Shown piece by piece: positions 37,368 to 48,382 of a stretch of DNA of 64,000 nucleotides. This stretch comes from Bdellovibrionota bacterium (GTDB taxonomy: Bacteria; Bdellovibrionota_C; UBA2361; CALJRW01): the NCBI GenBank assembly GCA_041740355.1, contig JBGSMD010000063.1:128001-192000 (forward strand), in the 5' to 3' direction. A program made the position numbers and the translations under genes. The notes beneath the pieces were generated by a model. That model was given only the letters and a program-made list of their open reading frames with translations. It made no database searches and was not told where the DNA came from. Numbering within the stretch: position 1 is the first letter of the stretch; every line of letters begins with the position of its first letter.

Positions 37368-38960
37368 TTAATCGTTACTAGCAATTTTATACAACTCCAA
37401 ACCCTCTGGATCAAACTTGTACCTGTTATGATAGGGGAAAACCTTCTCTAATTTATAATTTGGATTATTAGGTAATAAATTGATCAAATCAAAATGATGC
37501 TTTTCAGGGAATTGAACATCGACGGTTTTATCAACTATCACCCAGTTAATTTCATTGTCAATAAGCATGGACTCCAGCTCGCTTAAATTTTCATATTTTG
37601 CATTATAGCTACTACCAGACCAATTTACATTTGAAAGAAGCTTGTCGGATCTAATTAAGGACCTATTATTACCTAAACTAATATTAGCAAACTCTACAAT
37701 CATGCCACCTTGGCCAAATGGGTCCGAAGCTATTAATATTTTATCGTCAATAATTGATTCTTTTTCTAAATACTGCACTACGCTCTGACTTCCTTGAATC
37801 CTTTTAATATAAAAATCGAAATTATTAGAACTGTAAACTCCTGTAAAAAAAGCAGTAAATATTAGGATTGAAGTAATACTCTTCCGCCTTATATCTAAAG
37901 ACTCAAATCCAATTACTAGGACAAGAAGCAACATTGGAATCAGAACAACATAATGTCTTATAACTGTCCCGGTAGGTATAAAAAGGTGAAAAGCTATATA
38001 AGAAAATATTCCCATTAAAACAATATAAAGGATGACTTCCTTATCTTTATTTACTTCCTGTAGATCTACTTGTGTACGCTTTAAAACTGGTAAATAATTT
38101 AACAGTGCTAAGAGAAAAATTAGAACTACTAATGAGACGGATAATTGGTCTGTAATAAATAAGAAGATATTTTTCAAAGAATATATAGCATATTTTGTAA
38201 TATCTTCCTCCACTGACCACCCTAGGGAACGATATTCTTTAGTATAATGATACCATAGAAATGTAAATATAACGGGAGGTAGAAAACAAGATACTAAATT
38301 CTGCTTTCTAAGATCTTTAAATGAAATGTACCTAACTAGAACCAAAGGAATCCATAAATAAACAAATAAAAAATTTCCTTTAGTTAAAGAACCAACTGTA
38401 ACAACAAGCGATAATAAAAAGGTACTGAACGCTGATTGCCCCTTTATAAAATTCAAGAGCAGTATAATTACTAATGTGACTTCTAATTCAATTAAATGGT
38501 CTAACATGAATGTAGCCATCTGCTTCTGCCACTCAAATACAAGCAGAAGTAATATTGGTAAGATTAGGGCTAAAAATAAATTGGTAACCTTTGAAAGTAG
38601 ATAAAATGTACAGTGCAAAATTCCAGCAGCAATGAGGCATTGTAAAAACATCATCTTTGCAATGCTAGCACCAAAAACTAATCCATAAAGTGACGCACCT
38701 AAGTAAAATGCGGGTGGCCAATTTCCAAGTCCAATCTTAGGATAATGCAAATAGAAATCTTGAAAAAAGTGTAATGGATTCGCTGGAAAACTAGATCCAA
38801 AATACTTAATAAACATAAGTACTGTTAAATAGTGTGCAGGTTCATCAGATGTAGCGCCTAGTTCAGAAGAAAAAGCATTCGCATAGAAATTCACTATCGA
38901 AATAACTAGTAAATAAACTAAAAAAATAATGAAGTATCTAATAATCTTCTGATTATTCAT
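37368..38960 (-). CDS. GT-C-like (ArnT/PMT-type) membrane glycosyltransferase candidate
   Basis: SDEPAHY after TM1, WPPAFY, LTKGN, many TM helices, soluble C-terminal domain. Confidence 0.6.
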   Translation of the reverse strand: MNNQKIIRYFIIFLVYLLVISIVNFYANAFSSELGATSDEPAHYLTVLMFIKYFGSSFPANPLHFFQDFYLHYPKIGLGNWPPAFYLGASLYGLVFGASIAKMMFLQCLIAAGILHCTFYLLSKVTNLFLALILPILLLLVFEWQKQMATFMLDHLIELEVTLVIILLLNFIKGQSAFSTFLLSLVVTVGSLTKGNFLFVYLWIPLVLVRYISFKDLRKQNLVSCFLPPVIFTFLWYHYTKEYRSLGWSVEEDITKYAIYSLKNIFLFITDQLSVSLVVLIFLLALLNYLPVLKRTQVDLQEVNKDKEVILYIVLMGIFSYIAFHLFIPTGTVIRHYVVLIPMLLLVLVIGFESLDIRRKSITSILIFTAFFTGVYSSNNFDFYIKRIQGSQSVVQYLEKESIIDDKILIASDPFGQGGMIVEFANISLGNNRSLIRSDKLLSNVNWSGSSYNAKYENLSELESMLIDNEINWVIVDKTVDVQFPEKHHFDLINLLPNNPNYKLEKVFPYHNRYKFDPEGLELYKIASND

Positions 38961-39033
38961 AATTTAATGATTAAAGGCTCTATTTGAATAGTAATAATGA
39001 TATTAAGTTTTTAAAAATATAAATTTCCAATAT

Positions 39034-40035
39034 TTATACTTCCTTAGTATGACGACTGTATACATTCTTCAAGTATTTTTGTGCAGGCTTTTCAATTAAA
39101 TAACAAATTGCCGTGGCTAAACTTAATGATACTACTGTTGCAAATATAATTCCGATTGATGGATTTAAACCCAAACTATAGGAATACCGAATAATCATGT
39201 AGCCAATATTCTGATGTATTAAATAAAGTGGATAAGAAATTGTTCCCAAAAAAACTAATGGTTTGATAGATAAAAACTTAAGCTTTCCTAAAGCAGCGAG
39301 CAATACAACTATGCTAATTAAGATTAGCGATAAAGCAATATAGTTTGAATATTTTAGAAGAATTGCAAAAAAACTCATGATGACAACTGAGACTACCCAC
39401 TTGTTTATTAAATTTTGTTTAATTTTATAAAAACAAATTCCAAGAGCAAAAAATTGTATATATTGTAATAAAAAAAATGCCTTAACTTTATTATTAATAT
39501 CAAAGTTGAATCTATGGTAGATTAATATACAGCTAATAATAATCCATAAGAATAAATAACTTTCGATATTTTCTTGTCTTTTAAAATAGAAAAGACAACC
39601 CATCCAAAAATAGAAAGCCAACTCAAGTGTCAATGTCCAATAAACTCCATCGACGTGAGGATAGGAAAAATAATCCTGCAACATCGTAAAGTTTAGGATC
39701 AAATCAATAAGTGAAACATTATGATTAGGAAGACCTATCAGTAAAAGACATATAAATGTAAGTATTACTGTCGCCCAATAGCCTGGAAATAACCTCGCAA
39801 ATCTAGAGAATAAAAAGTCACTTAGTTGTTGGCTGTTTGATAAAGTCCAAAAAATAACAAAGCCACTGATAATAAAGAAAAGCTCAACTCCGTAACGACC
39901 AAATTTTAGAAACTCTGGAAAATTAAAACTATGCTTATAATATTCATTATAGATGAAGAAATAATGATATATTAGCACAGAGATAGCTGCTATTCCCCTT
40001 AAGCTATCAAGCTCTAATAATCTCTTATTTTGCAT
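39034..40035 (-). CDS. Acyltransferase-3 family O-acyltransferase
   Basis: LDSLRGIAA..V..YH, GVELFFIISGFVI, RFARLFP, YWTL..EL.FY, SYPLYLIH. Confidence 0.92.
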   Translation of the reverse strand: MQNKRLLELDSLRGIAAISVLIYHYFFIYNEYYKHSFNFPEFLKFGRYGVELFFIISGFVIFWTLSNSQQLSDFLFSRFARLFPGYWATVILTFICLLLIGLPNHNVSLIDLILNFTMLQDYFSYPHVDGVYWTLTLELAFYFWMGCLFYFKRQENIESYLFLWIIISCILIYHRFNFDINNKVKAFFLLQYIQFFALGICFYKIKQNLINKWVVSVVIMSFFAILLKYSNYIALSLILISIVVLLAALGKLKFLSIKPLVFLGTISYPLYLIHQNIGYMIIRYSYSLGLNPSIGIIFATVVSLSLATAICYLIEKPAQKYLKNVYSRHTKEV

Positions 40036-41026
40036 TATCTCTATTAAAAATAAATCTTATATATTTAGTTATAAATATCTTACAAATACTATGTTTACTA
40101 TTTAAATCTGGTCCAAAAGGTAATAAATATCGATAAGCTAAATTTTTTAATTTATTAGAAAAAGTATTATATTTAATAATGTTATGTATCTCGTTAAATC
40201 TACTATGACTATCTGTTTTATGAATTGGCTGCACTTTATTGTTAAAGAATTCATTATAGAAATCTAGGGTCTGAGTTAATATCTTATTAAGCTGATACTT
40301 ATCAGCTAACTCTACTAACTTTTGAAAATCGACTATGCTTCTTTGAAGAATTACATCAAGATCTATAAAATTCTGTGCTTGCATCCAATTATTTTTATAG
40401 GAATGAATCGCTAACAAAAGAACTTGATACTCCCAGTTCAAATCAACCTCATAGTGCTTTTGCTTTATAGTCTCCGTATGCTTCCAATAATCTAAACTAA
40501 ACTCAGGATTACAAATAAATACTTCTGCTAATTTCCAGTGTAAATCCAATTCTACACCGGATTCAAGATGAACTAACGTTATGGAATGATTAATAAAGAG
40601 TTCCAGTCTTTTTTTACATCCAGTAAAAGAAAAATCAGCTTTCCATCCATGTTCTTGTAGTAATTTTAATGCTAAGTCTAGATCCTTAGCCTCTACTAAA
40701 AAATCTATGTCTTTGATGTCGCGAAATTGGGAATACTCTGGATATTTTTCTATCAAATAAAGACCTTTAATTGTCTTAAAAGGGATTTGATGTTTATTTA
40801 AAAGATCTATTACGTCAGCTGCACTTATCAATAGTAGTTCTTTTAAGGCTCTAGCAATGAATGCTTCCTCAATAAGCAAAACATCATTTTTCATTAATAA
40901 AATCATGTGAGCAAGAGATATTATTTTATTCTTAATAAGAAATGACTTAAAGATTGATCGATCGACAAAACCTTCTTGATATTTTTCTATTAAATTTACA
41001 AATTTTACATCTTCAAATTGGGTCAT
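40025..41026 (-). CDS. Nucleotidyltransferase (NTP_transf_5 type, lasso-cluster associated)
   Basis: IKG..L, R...DIDFLV, ELDLHW, LAIH. Confidence 0.8.
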   Translation of the reverse strand: MTQFEDVKFVNLIEKYQEGFVDRSIFKSFLIKNKIISLAHMILLMKNDVLLIEEAFIARALKELLLISAADVIDLLNKHQIPFKTIKGLYLIEKYPEYSQFRDIKDIDFLVEAKDLDLALKLLQEHGWKADFSFTGCKKRLELFINHSITLVHLESGVELDLHWKLAEVFICNPEFSLDYWKHTETIKQKHYEVDLNWEYQVLLLAIHSYKNNWMQAQNFIDLDVILQRSIVDFQKLVELADKYQLNKILTQTLDFYNEFFNNKVQPIHKTDSHSRFNEIHNIIKYNTFSNKLKNLAYRYLLPFGPDLNSKHSICKIFITKYIRFIFNRDNAK

Positions 41027-41199
41027 TGATGATTACCTGATTAGAGATATTTACTAAGTTCTGTGGGGATTCGTTAAATTAATATTTATTGTTAAACGTA
41101 AAGATCTATTATAGTCAGATCCAGCTTACAATATAATTACACTTGTAGAAAACCTAAATCCACCTATATTAACTTAAGTTATTATCAAATTACCAACGA

Positions 41200-41883
41200 A
41201 TGGAAAGCAACTTATATAATAAAGTTTCACACTACCAAGGAGAAAAAGGAGAAGAATATTTCACTTGGCAAAATTCAGGTAAAGAATTTGCTGCCAAAAT
41301 TTTTCAACATAAATTTCATAGCTATATAAAACCAACAGATATAGTAGTCGATTTTGGTTGTGGCGGTGGTCAACTGCTTAAAGCTCTTGCTTGTTCACAA
41401 AGGATTGGTATCGAAGTAAATCCAATTGCCCGAGAATTCACAAATAACTCAGGAATTATTTGTTATGAATCCCTTGAATATTTAAATGATAATTCAATTG
41501 ATGTTATCATTTCCCATCATGCCCTAGAACATGTGGAGTTTCCAATAGGAGTACTTAGACAAATGACGCAAAAATTAAAGCTCAATGGTACTTTAGTACT
41601 TTGTGTTCCTATCGACAACTGGAGACTACAAAACAAATATGATCCGAAAGATCCAAACCATCACCTACACACATGGACTACTCAACTCTTGGGTAATACA
41701 TTATTCGAAGCTGGATTTGAGGATATAAAGATATCATATCATGTTCGATCTTGGACTAAGCGATGGACTGTTTTCTTATATGGAAGATTTCCATTTTGGT
41801 TTTTTAATTTTGTTTCCTATTGCCATGGAATAATTACTGGGAAAGGAAGGGAGTTAGTTGCTGTCGTAAAAAGAAAATCCTAA
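41200..41883 (+). CDS. Class I SAM-dependent methyltransferase
   Basis: VVDFGCGGG, GIEVN, HHALEHV. Confidence 0.85.
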   Translation: MESNLYNKVSHYQGEKGEEYFTWQNSGKEFAAKIFQHKFHSYIKPTDIVVDFGCGGGQLLKALACSQRIGIEVNPIAREFTNNSGIICYESLEYLNDNSIDVIISHHALEHVEFPIGVLRQMTQKLKLNGTLVLCVPIDNWRLQNKYDPKDPNHHLHTWTTQLLGNTLFEAGFEDIKISYHVRSWTKRWTVFLYGRFPFWFFNFVSYCHGIITGKGRELVAVVKRKS

Positions 41884-43022
41884 GATTTATCAGATAATAT
41901 TTCTTGGTATACATTCATAAGTATCCTAGATTGTTTGATGCTGTCATAATCTTCTTCAACACGTTTGCGAGCACCTATTCTTGATTCTTCTCTCAGTGTA
42001 GTATCTCTCATATATTTAGTTATAACATTTGATAAAGCTTCAATATCATCTTGAGGAACAATTTCACCACCTCCAGGCAATATCTGCTCACTCACAGTGT
42101 CTTTACTTGAATACCCAACCACGGGACAAGAGCAAGCAAGCGCTTGTAAAACACTCAAGCTACAGGCTTCTTCAATACTAGTATTAACAAATAAATCTAG
42201 TGTGGAATAAAATCCAACTAAATCATCAAGATGTCCAAGAAATCGTATTTGGTCGCCTAATAAATATTTTGCTTCTTGAATTAATTTATTTCCATATTCA
42301 AAATCCTCAGGTAAATAATTTCCTGCAATCAATATTATAATGTCTTTTGATTTTATTTTCGCAACTGCTTGGATTAAATGTTCAACTTGTTTACGGGGAC
42401 GGAGTGCGCAGGCAACACCAACAATAAATTTATTAGTAATTTTTTCAGACTTAAGGAATTGATCTTTTAGATTCTGATTAAAAGAATATTGCTCAAGGTT
42501 AATTCCATTTTTTAGCACTGCTAAGTATTTTTGTTCAACAATACCACTAATATTTGGCAAGCAAATTACCTTGTTAGCTTCGCTAGTAAAAAATACTTTT
42601 CTTAACTGTGATTTGTTCTTAAATGCCCATAGACAAAATTCTTTGTTCATTGAGAAATGAATACTAACTACATTCGGTATAATAAGAATCCTTGAAATTA
42701 AATTACCTATTGGAAAAATATTTTGTTCATTACAATGAATGATATTAATTCTATAGATTATAGCTATATAGGCTAATTTGAATAACTGAATAAGTAACTT
42801 AAGAGGTTGAAATTTATCTGGATGATCTAAATTAAGTATATAAACTGGAATTTCATTTTGCTTTGCCCAAGTATGCAAAGTACCTTCTGAAATTGTTACA
42901 ATGATTGGAATAAAAAACTTATCGGATAGATTATTAATCCATCCTTCCATTGGAAGAGCCGTACTTTGCAGATTGGGATTATTTGTTAGGTATAATACCT
43001 TTATTCGCTTATGGTTAGTCAT
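41880..43022 (-). CDS. GT4 glycosyltransferase
   Basis: IHCNE, NGI, RPRK, TSIEEACSLSVLQAL. Confidence 0.85.
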   Translation of the reverse strand: MTNHKRIKVLYLTNNPNLQSTALPMEGWINNLSDKFFIPIIVTISEGTLHTWAKQNEIPVYILNLDHPDKFQPLKLLIQLFKLAYIAIIYRINIIHCNEQNIFPIGNLISRILIIPNVVSIHFSMNKEFCLWAFKNKSQLRKVFFTSEANKVICLPNISGIVEQKYLAVLKNGINLEQYSFNQNLKDQFLKSEKITNKFIVGVACALRPRKQVEHLIQAVAKIKSKDIIILIAGNYLPEDFEYGNKLIQEAKYLLGDQIRFLGHLDDLVGFYSTLDLFVNTSIEEACSLSVLQALACSCPVVGYSSKDTVSEQILPGGGEIVPQDDIEALSNVITKYMRDTTLREESRIGARKRVEEDYDSIKQSRILMNVYQEILSDKS

Positions 43023-43072
43023 CCCTATCTCATTGAGGTTAATGTTTTGAACTAAACTTTAATTTATACAAT

Positions 43073-44080
43073 CTATTTTGTAATGGTACTGCGAATAAAA
43101 CATGCTAGATAGCTTTTCCAAAATCGCCAATTCAGAGGTTGATAAAAAATACCCTTATGAAAATAGTGAAAAGCTTCTTTTATTCTCATATTTGGATAAC
43201 ATAAATTATAACCTAACTGCCAAAAGTAATTATCTGCAATTGTCTTATTAATAGCCTTAACTTCTCTCAGATTCAAATCAAGTTCGCACTCTGCTTCGCG
43301 AAAACCTCTTATTAAAGCATGACGAAGTCTAATATACTTCTCTAACGGCGCTCCCTTACAACCAGCTGAAGCATTATTATTATGCACAGCATATTCCCCA
43401 TGAATTTTATCAATATAAGCAATCTTAAATCCAGATTTTAGCGCTCGAATAACTGATATTTGATCAGCTCCTTCGTTTCGATATGCAGATCTAAATCGAT
43501 AGTCTTTAAAAACTTCTTTTTTTGATAGTGAAAACTGTTGCCCTAACTGTAAACCATGAAGTATTTGAAACTCGGCTGCTCGAGAGTCAATAATTAATTT
43601 AGCATTACCAAGTTGTTTCGTTTTTAAACTTAAAAACTTTGCCGAATTACATCGGTTATGAAAATTACTTTCCACTATGACTTTATCATTGTCAGTTAAA
43701 TCTATAATTTTATTTGATGCATAAAGCCAATCAATTTCCGGATAATTTTGCATGACCTCTAATAGTTCTTGCAAATGAAAGTCATACCAGCGATCATCAA
43801 CATCATACAATGCAAGATAATCTCCCTTCATGTGATCTAAGCCTGTATTCCTAGCTTCAAAACCACCGCCATTTACACGATCAATTAATTGAACTTTCTG
43901 TGTCCAATTTTTTGTAATTTCTAGAAATAATTCCTTTGTATTGTCAGTACTTCCATCATTAACGGCGACAAGCTCCCAATTTTCGTATGTTTGATTCTTG
44001 ATACACTCTAATCCTGTCTTTAGAAAAGGCGTGGTGTTATAAAGAGGAAGTACAATGCTAATTAACGGCTGATTACTCAT
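43073..44080 (-). CDS. GT2 glycosyltransferase
   Basis: ISIVLPLYN, VNDGSTD, ARNTG, DVDD. Confidence 0.9.
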   Translation of the reverse strand: MSNQPLISIVLPLYNTTPFLKTGLECIKNQTYENWELVAVNDGSTDNTKELFLEITKNWTQKVQLIDRVNGGGFEARNTGLDHMKGDYLALYDVDDRWYDFHLQELLEVMQNYPEIDWLYASNKIIDLTDNDKVIVESNFHNRCNSAKFLSLKTKQLGNAKLIIDSRAAEFQILHGLQLGQQFSLSKKEVFKDYRFRSAYRNEGADQISVIRALKSGFKIAYIDKIHGEYAVHNNNASAGCKGAPLEKYIRLRHALIRGFREAECELDLNLREVKAINKTIADNYFWQLGYNLCYPNMRIKEAFHYFHKGIFYQPLNWRFWKSYLACFIRSTITK

Positions 44081-45189
44081 TTCACTAATTTATTATTTTT
44101 TAATTCTTGATAAGAATAATCTACTTTGTCACTTGCGGCTTGGTTACCAAGCCAGCCTACTAATTCTTTAATAGATTCATCAATGGTAAATTTTGGTGCA
44201 TAACCAAGAATTTTATTAGCCTTTGTAATATCGGCAAAACAATGACGGATATCACCTGCCCTAGCTTCTTGTAATAATGTTGGTTGTATATCTAAATTTA
44301 GAGTAGTTGCAATCTTGCTTGCTAAGTTCTGGATATTAATAGGTGACCCAGACCCTATATTAAAGTAATCATTGATTACGTCACCTCTATCTAATGCTAG
44401 TAAATTTGCCTGTACGACATCGCGAACATCAACAAAATCTCTCATTTGTAGTCCATCCTCAAAAATTATTGGCGAATTGCCATTTAGTAATCTTGAGCAA
44501 AAAATAGCTGCTACTCCTGTGTAAGGATTAGAAAGTGATTGTCTGGTGCCAATTACATTGAAGTAACGAAAAGCTACAACAGGGATGTTATATGTCTTAC
44601 CTAGAGTTAAAAACATTTCCTCTTGATCTCTTTTGGTTATGGCATAAATACTAGTTGGTTCGATCTTCTTGCCTTCGGCTGTTGGAATTGGCTTAAGCAC
44701 CTCACCTTTGGAATTAAGCATCTCCCAATTCTTTTCAGTAAATTGCATAGCTGTACGTTTCTGAGGAATAGCTTGTTGTTCTAAACTATCCACATAGCTT
44801 CCCTCTCCGTAAATTGACATAGAAGAAGCAATGACAACCTTCTTAATCCTGTCTCGATGCTTTAGAAGCTCTTCCCAAAAAACAGCAGCACCTCTGCAAT
44901 TAACATCAACGTAATGGTTAATAGCATACATTGATTGTCCGACTCCAACTGCTGCTGCATTATAAATTACTGCATCAACGCCAGAAAGAGCCTTCTCTAC
45001 TACTTCTGGATCACGAACATCACCATTTATAAACTCAATATTTGTATTTAAATAGTTTGGTAGCTTATTATCGATATGCACCTGTGAATCTAAGTTATCT
45101 AATATAACAACTTGATCTCCTCTAGAGATTAAAGCATCCGTGATGTGTGAGCCGATAAAGCCAGCTCCACCTGTTACTAGAACTTTCAT
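44077..45189 (-). CDS. NAD-dependent nucleotide-sugar epimerase/dehydratase
   Basis: VTGGAGFIGSH, ASSMSIYGEG, YAITK, RYFNV, RDFV.V.D. Confidence 0.92.
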   Translation of the reverse strand: MKVLVTGGAGFIGSHITDALISRGDQVVILDNLDSQVHIDNKLPNYLNTNIEFINGDVRDPEVVEKALSGVDAVIYNAAAVGVGQSMYAINHYVDVNCRGAAVFWEELLKHRDRIKKVVIASSMSIYGEGSYVDSLEQQAIPQKRTAMQFTEKNWEMLNSKGEVLKPIPTAEGKKIEPTSIYAITKRDQEEMFLTLGKTYNIPVVAFRYFNVIGTRQSLSNPYTGVAAIFCSRLLNGNSPIIFEDGLQMRDFVDVRDVVQANLLALDRGDVINDYFNIGSGSPINIQNLASKIATTLNLDIQPTLLQEARAGDIRHCFADITKANKILGYAPKFTIDESIKELVGWLGNQAASDKVDYSYQELKNNKLVK

Positions 45190-45461
45190 GTAATTCTTAT
45201 AATATTCAAAATTGATAGATCTAAAGCTTTGTTAGTAGCCTCGAGCGAACAAGTCGAGTCTACTCTTTTGGGTATATAATAGTTATTATGTATTAAATTG
45301 AAAACATACTAATTATCAATTTTTAAAATAAAATATACCTAACCCTATCTCTTATTTTTTAGTAAGATATTCTAAGTTTTTTATTATTGAAATGAATCTC
45401 TAATTTAATATCAAAGTATAATTATCCATAATTTAAAAACCAAACTATATAATAAGAAAAA

Positions 45462-47384
45462 ATGAGTACAAAAATAAGTCTACCAGGAATTTTATATGCA
45501 ATGCGCTTTCCGGAAGATACCGGGCTTGTCTGGCAAAGCTTATTAAATTTATATTCTACAGTATCAGACAAAGAATATAAAAATTTCCAAAATATAATAG
45601 CATATCCAAGATTAGTTGACCCTAAAATCACTCACCAAAATAAGCAAATTTTTATTGAGGCAGATTTCTATGATACCTCAGACAATAACAAACAATCTTT
45701 ATTAAATATAATTCAAAAATTTAACATTAAAGCAATTATCTATATTAGCGCTTCAACTACTGAAATTGATTTGAAATGGCTAAAGAGAATAAGAGTTAAA
45801 ACCATTAACTTTGAACAAGAGAGTTATGATTCGAATAAAAAACAATCAATCTGGAAATCATGTATAAAAATTCTTACTAGAAGAATTCTTGGTATAAACT
45901 TACATACTATGTACCTAGCAAATTCACTTTCTCAAGTTAATTTTCTATTAAATTTTACCAAACTACCAGTCTCAAAAATTAGGCTTTGTATTAATGGGGT
46001 TGATACTAATTTTTTCTCGCCTGAGACTACTAAAGAACTTCAAAAAAGTAGGATATGTGATTCAAATTTAGTTGTACTCAGTGTCGCTCAGGCTCGTGAA
46101 GAAAAGAATATCCCTTTTTTAATTGATGCTGCTCAAGAGATATTTAATCTACATCCAAATATTTCTCTTAGTTTTATACATGTTGGAGATGGCCCATGCT
46201 TGGAAAAATGGAAAAAACATGCCTTCCAATCTAAAATTTCTGATAAGTTTTTATTTGTTGGAAAACAAACTGATATTAGACCTTATCTTCATTCCGCTAC
46301 GATCTTAGCTCATGTTGCAACCCGAGAAGGTTTTGGATATGTCATTGCCGAAGCAATGTCTTCAGAAAAGCCAGTTATTGCAACACCATCAACTGGCTCT
46401 AAAGAAATTATTGCAGATGGTCATACCGGTCTAATAATAGAGACAAACAACTCGAAGGTTATGGCAAAGGAGTTATTAGACTTATTAACGAATCCTGAAA
46501 AAATTAAGAAAATGGGCATTGCTGCACGAGAAAGAACAAAGCGTCTTTTTTCGGTCGACAGACAAGCAGAAGATCTCTCTTTAGTTATTAATGATATTCT
46601 TAAAGATAATCAGAAAATAGAATTTTGTTGGAATCGAATTTCATCAAAAACGCTACGAGCAGTCGTACTCAACTTGCCAATGCTTTGGCGCTTCTCGAAA
46701 TTTCAAAACCTGATTCTTAAATCAACTGACCTATTCACCCCTAATGTAACTGAGCGAATTAATAATATCTTAAAAAAATTTAAAACAGTTTATTTTGTAC
46801 AAATTGGTTCAAACGATGGAAAACAAGCTGATCCATTATATCAACTTTCACATTCAAACAATCACTGGTCAGGCTTACTAGTTGAACCCTTGCCATTTTT
46901 ATTTAAAAAGCTAAAAGACAATTATCAAGATCCTAGGTTTAATCTTGAAAATTCTGCAATTGGTGAATCAAATGGAGAAATCACTTTTTATTATATCTCA
47001 CCTGAAGCAAAAAAGCATTTAGGAGATAAACTTCCATTTTATTATGATCAAGTAGGATCATTTAGCCTGAGCCATGTACTTAAACATTTTGATTCTGAGA
47101 TTGAACCTTATATACTTGAAACTCAAGTGTCCACAATTAGCTTGCCTAATTTATTGGAAACTCACAATATATCACGCCTAGATCTAATGCATATTGATAC
47201 AGAGGGGTTTGACTATCAAATCTTACGTCAGTTTAACTTAAAGCAATTTTCTCCAAAAATTATTTTATTTGAACATATTCATTTGCCAATTGAACAAAAA
47301 TTAATGAGTCAATATTATTTATTTTTTCATGGCTACAAAATATTAGATCTAGGACGCGACTTTTTGGCAGTTAAAAATTCGTAG
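45462..47384 (+). CDS. GT4 glycosyltransferase fused to an FkbM-family methyltransferase
   Basis: N-half NGVD, EGFGYVIAEAM; C-terminal VQIGSNDG..DP, LVEP, HIDTEGFD, FEH. Confidence 0.8.
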   Translation: MSTKISLPGILYAMRFPEDTGLVWQSLLNLYSTVSDKEYKNFQNIIAYPRLVDPKITHQNKQIFIEADFYDTSDNNKQSLLNIIQKFNIKAIIYISASTTEIDLKWLKRIRVKTINFEQESYDSNKKQSIWKSCIKILTRRILGINLHTMYLANSLSQVNFLLNFTKLPVSKIRLCINGVDTNFFSPETTKELQKSRICDSNLVVLSVAQAREEKNIPFLIDAAQEIFNLHPNISLSFIHVGDGPCLEKWKKHAFQSKISDKFLFVGKQTDIRPYLHSATILAHVATREGFGYVIAEAMSSEKPVIATPSTGSKEIIADGHTGLIIETNNSKVMAKELLDLLTNPEKIKKMGIAARERTKRLFSVDRQAEDLSLVINDILKDNQKIEFCWNRISSKTLRAVVLNLPMLWRFSKFQNLILKSTDLFTPNVTERINNILKKFKTVYFVQIGSNDGKQADPLYQLSHSNNHWSGLLVEPLPFLFKKLKDNYQDPRFNLENSAIGESNGEITFYYISPEAKKHLGDKLPFYYDQVGSFSLSHVLKHFDSEIEPYILETQVSTISLPNLLETHNISRLDLMHIDTEGFDYQILRQFNLKQFSPKIILFEHIHLPIEQKLMSQYYLFFHGYKILDLGRDFLAVKNS

Positions 47385-47479
47385 TTATATTAAGAGAAAC
47401 AAAAAGCTATCTAATCCAGAATTGAATGATTAGTCTCGGAATTACTATTGCAAGCCCATATGCAATACTTAACTATTAT

Positions 47480-48382
47480 TTAGCAATCATAATTTTTTTT
47501 TGGTAATGTGTGGGAAATTGTTTTCCTTAGTATATCAGACTTAAATCGATCCCGCCCAATAAAATGCACAAAGATTGAATTTGAGATATCGACTCCTTGA
47601 TAATAATTTTGATATTTAGGTTCAGCTAAAATATCTGGATTTGAATTGGCTAGTATGTAGTTACTTGCAAATTGCTCACTTCCCCATTTCTTCCAATTTT
47701 TCTCACCCAACAAGTCTTGCATTCTAGTTGAAAATTCCTCTAACAATGAGAAACTCAACATTCCACTATATCCAGCAAACCCCGAACAACCTCTCATGTA
47801 TAAATCAGGATATTGAGAATCTAAATTTACCAATTGTTGCTCAGCTATAATCTGAATACTTTGGCTTTTAATATTATTTGCGAACCTGCTTGCTTCACTT
47901 AGATTCAATAAACTTGAACATCTGTAAGTTCCTAAAATAAAAGCTTTTTTTTGGTAAATAGCATTGCGAACCTCCAGCATCTCATCAATAGTTATTGTAT
48001 CTGCATCAAGTTGTACAACAAATTTTTCCGCAGAAAGCTTACAACACAAGACTAATCTTTCCCAAGTTCCTCCACGTGGACAACGTCCAGTTTCAATATC
48101 TCCAATTTCAATTACCTCAAATGATGGTATATAACTATTTAAGATAAGTAATTCGTTCTGACCTAGACTTCCATCATTAATAATAATTATTTTCTTAGGT
48201 TTGTTCCTTCTAGTAAATGAGATAACAGATACAAGATATAAATATAGATCACGCTTACATAATTGGGTAACTAAAATAAATGGAGAACTGCTATCTACCG
48301 CAGCTTGATAATTTACAATCTGACGTCTAATAAATCGATCAATATTATAGTAACTAATTTTATTTCTAATTTTATATAGCAT
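47480..48382 (-). CDS. Putative GT-A-fold glycosyltransferase (DxD)
   Basis: IINDGSL, QLDADT, WGSEQF, HFIG; lies within the glycan locus. Confidence 0.5.
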   Translation of the reverse strand: MLYKIRNKISYYNIDRFIRRQIVNYQAAVDSSSPFILVTQLCKRDLYLYLVSVISFTRRNKPKKIIIINDGSLGQNELLILNSYIPSFEVIEIGDIETGRCPRGGTWERLVLCCKLSAEKFVVQLDADTITIDEMLEVRNAIYQKKAFILGTYRCSSLLNLSEASRFANNIKSQSIQIIAEQQLVNLDSQYPDLYMRGCSGFAGYSGMLSFSLLEEFSTRMQDLLGEKNWKKWGSEQFASNYILANSNPDILAEPKYQNYYQGVDISNSIFVHFIGRDRFKSDILRKTISHTLPKKNYDC

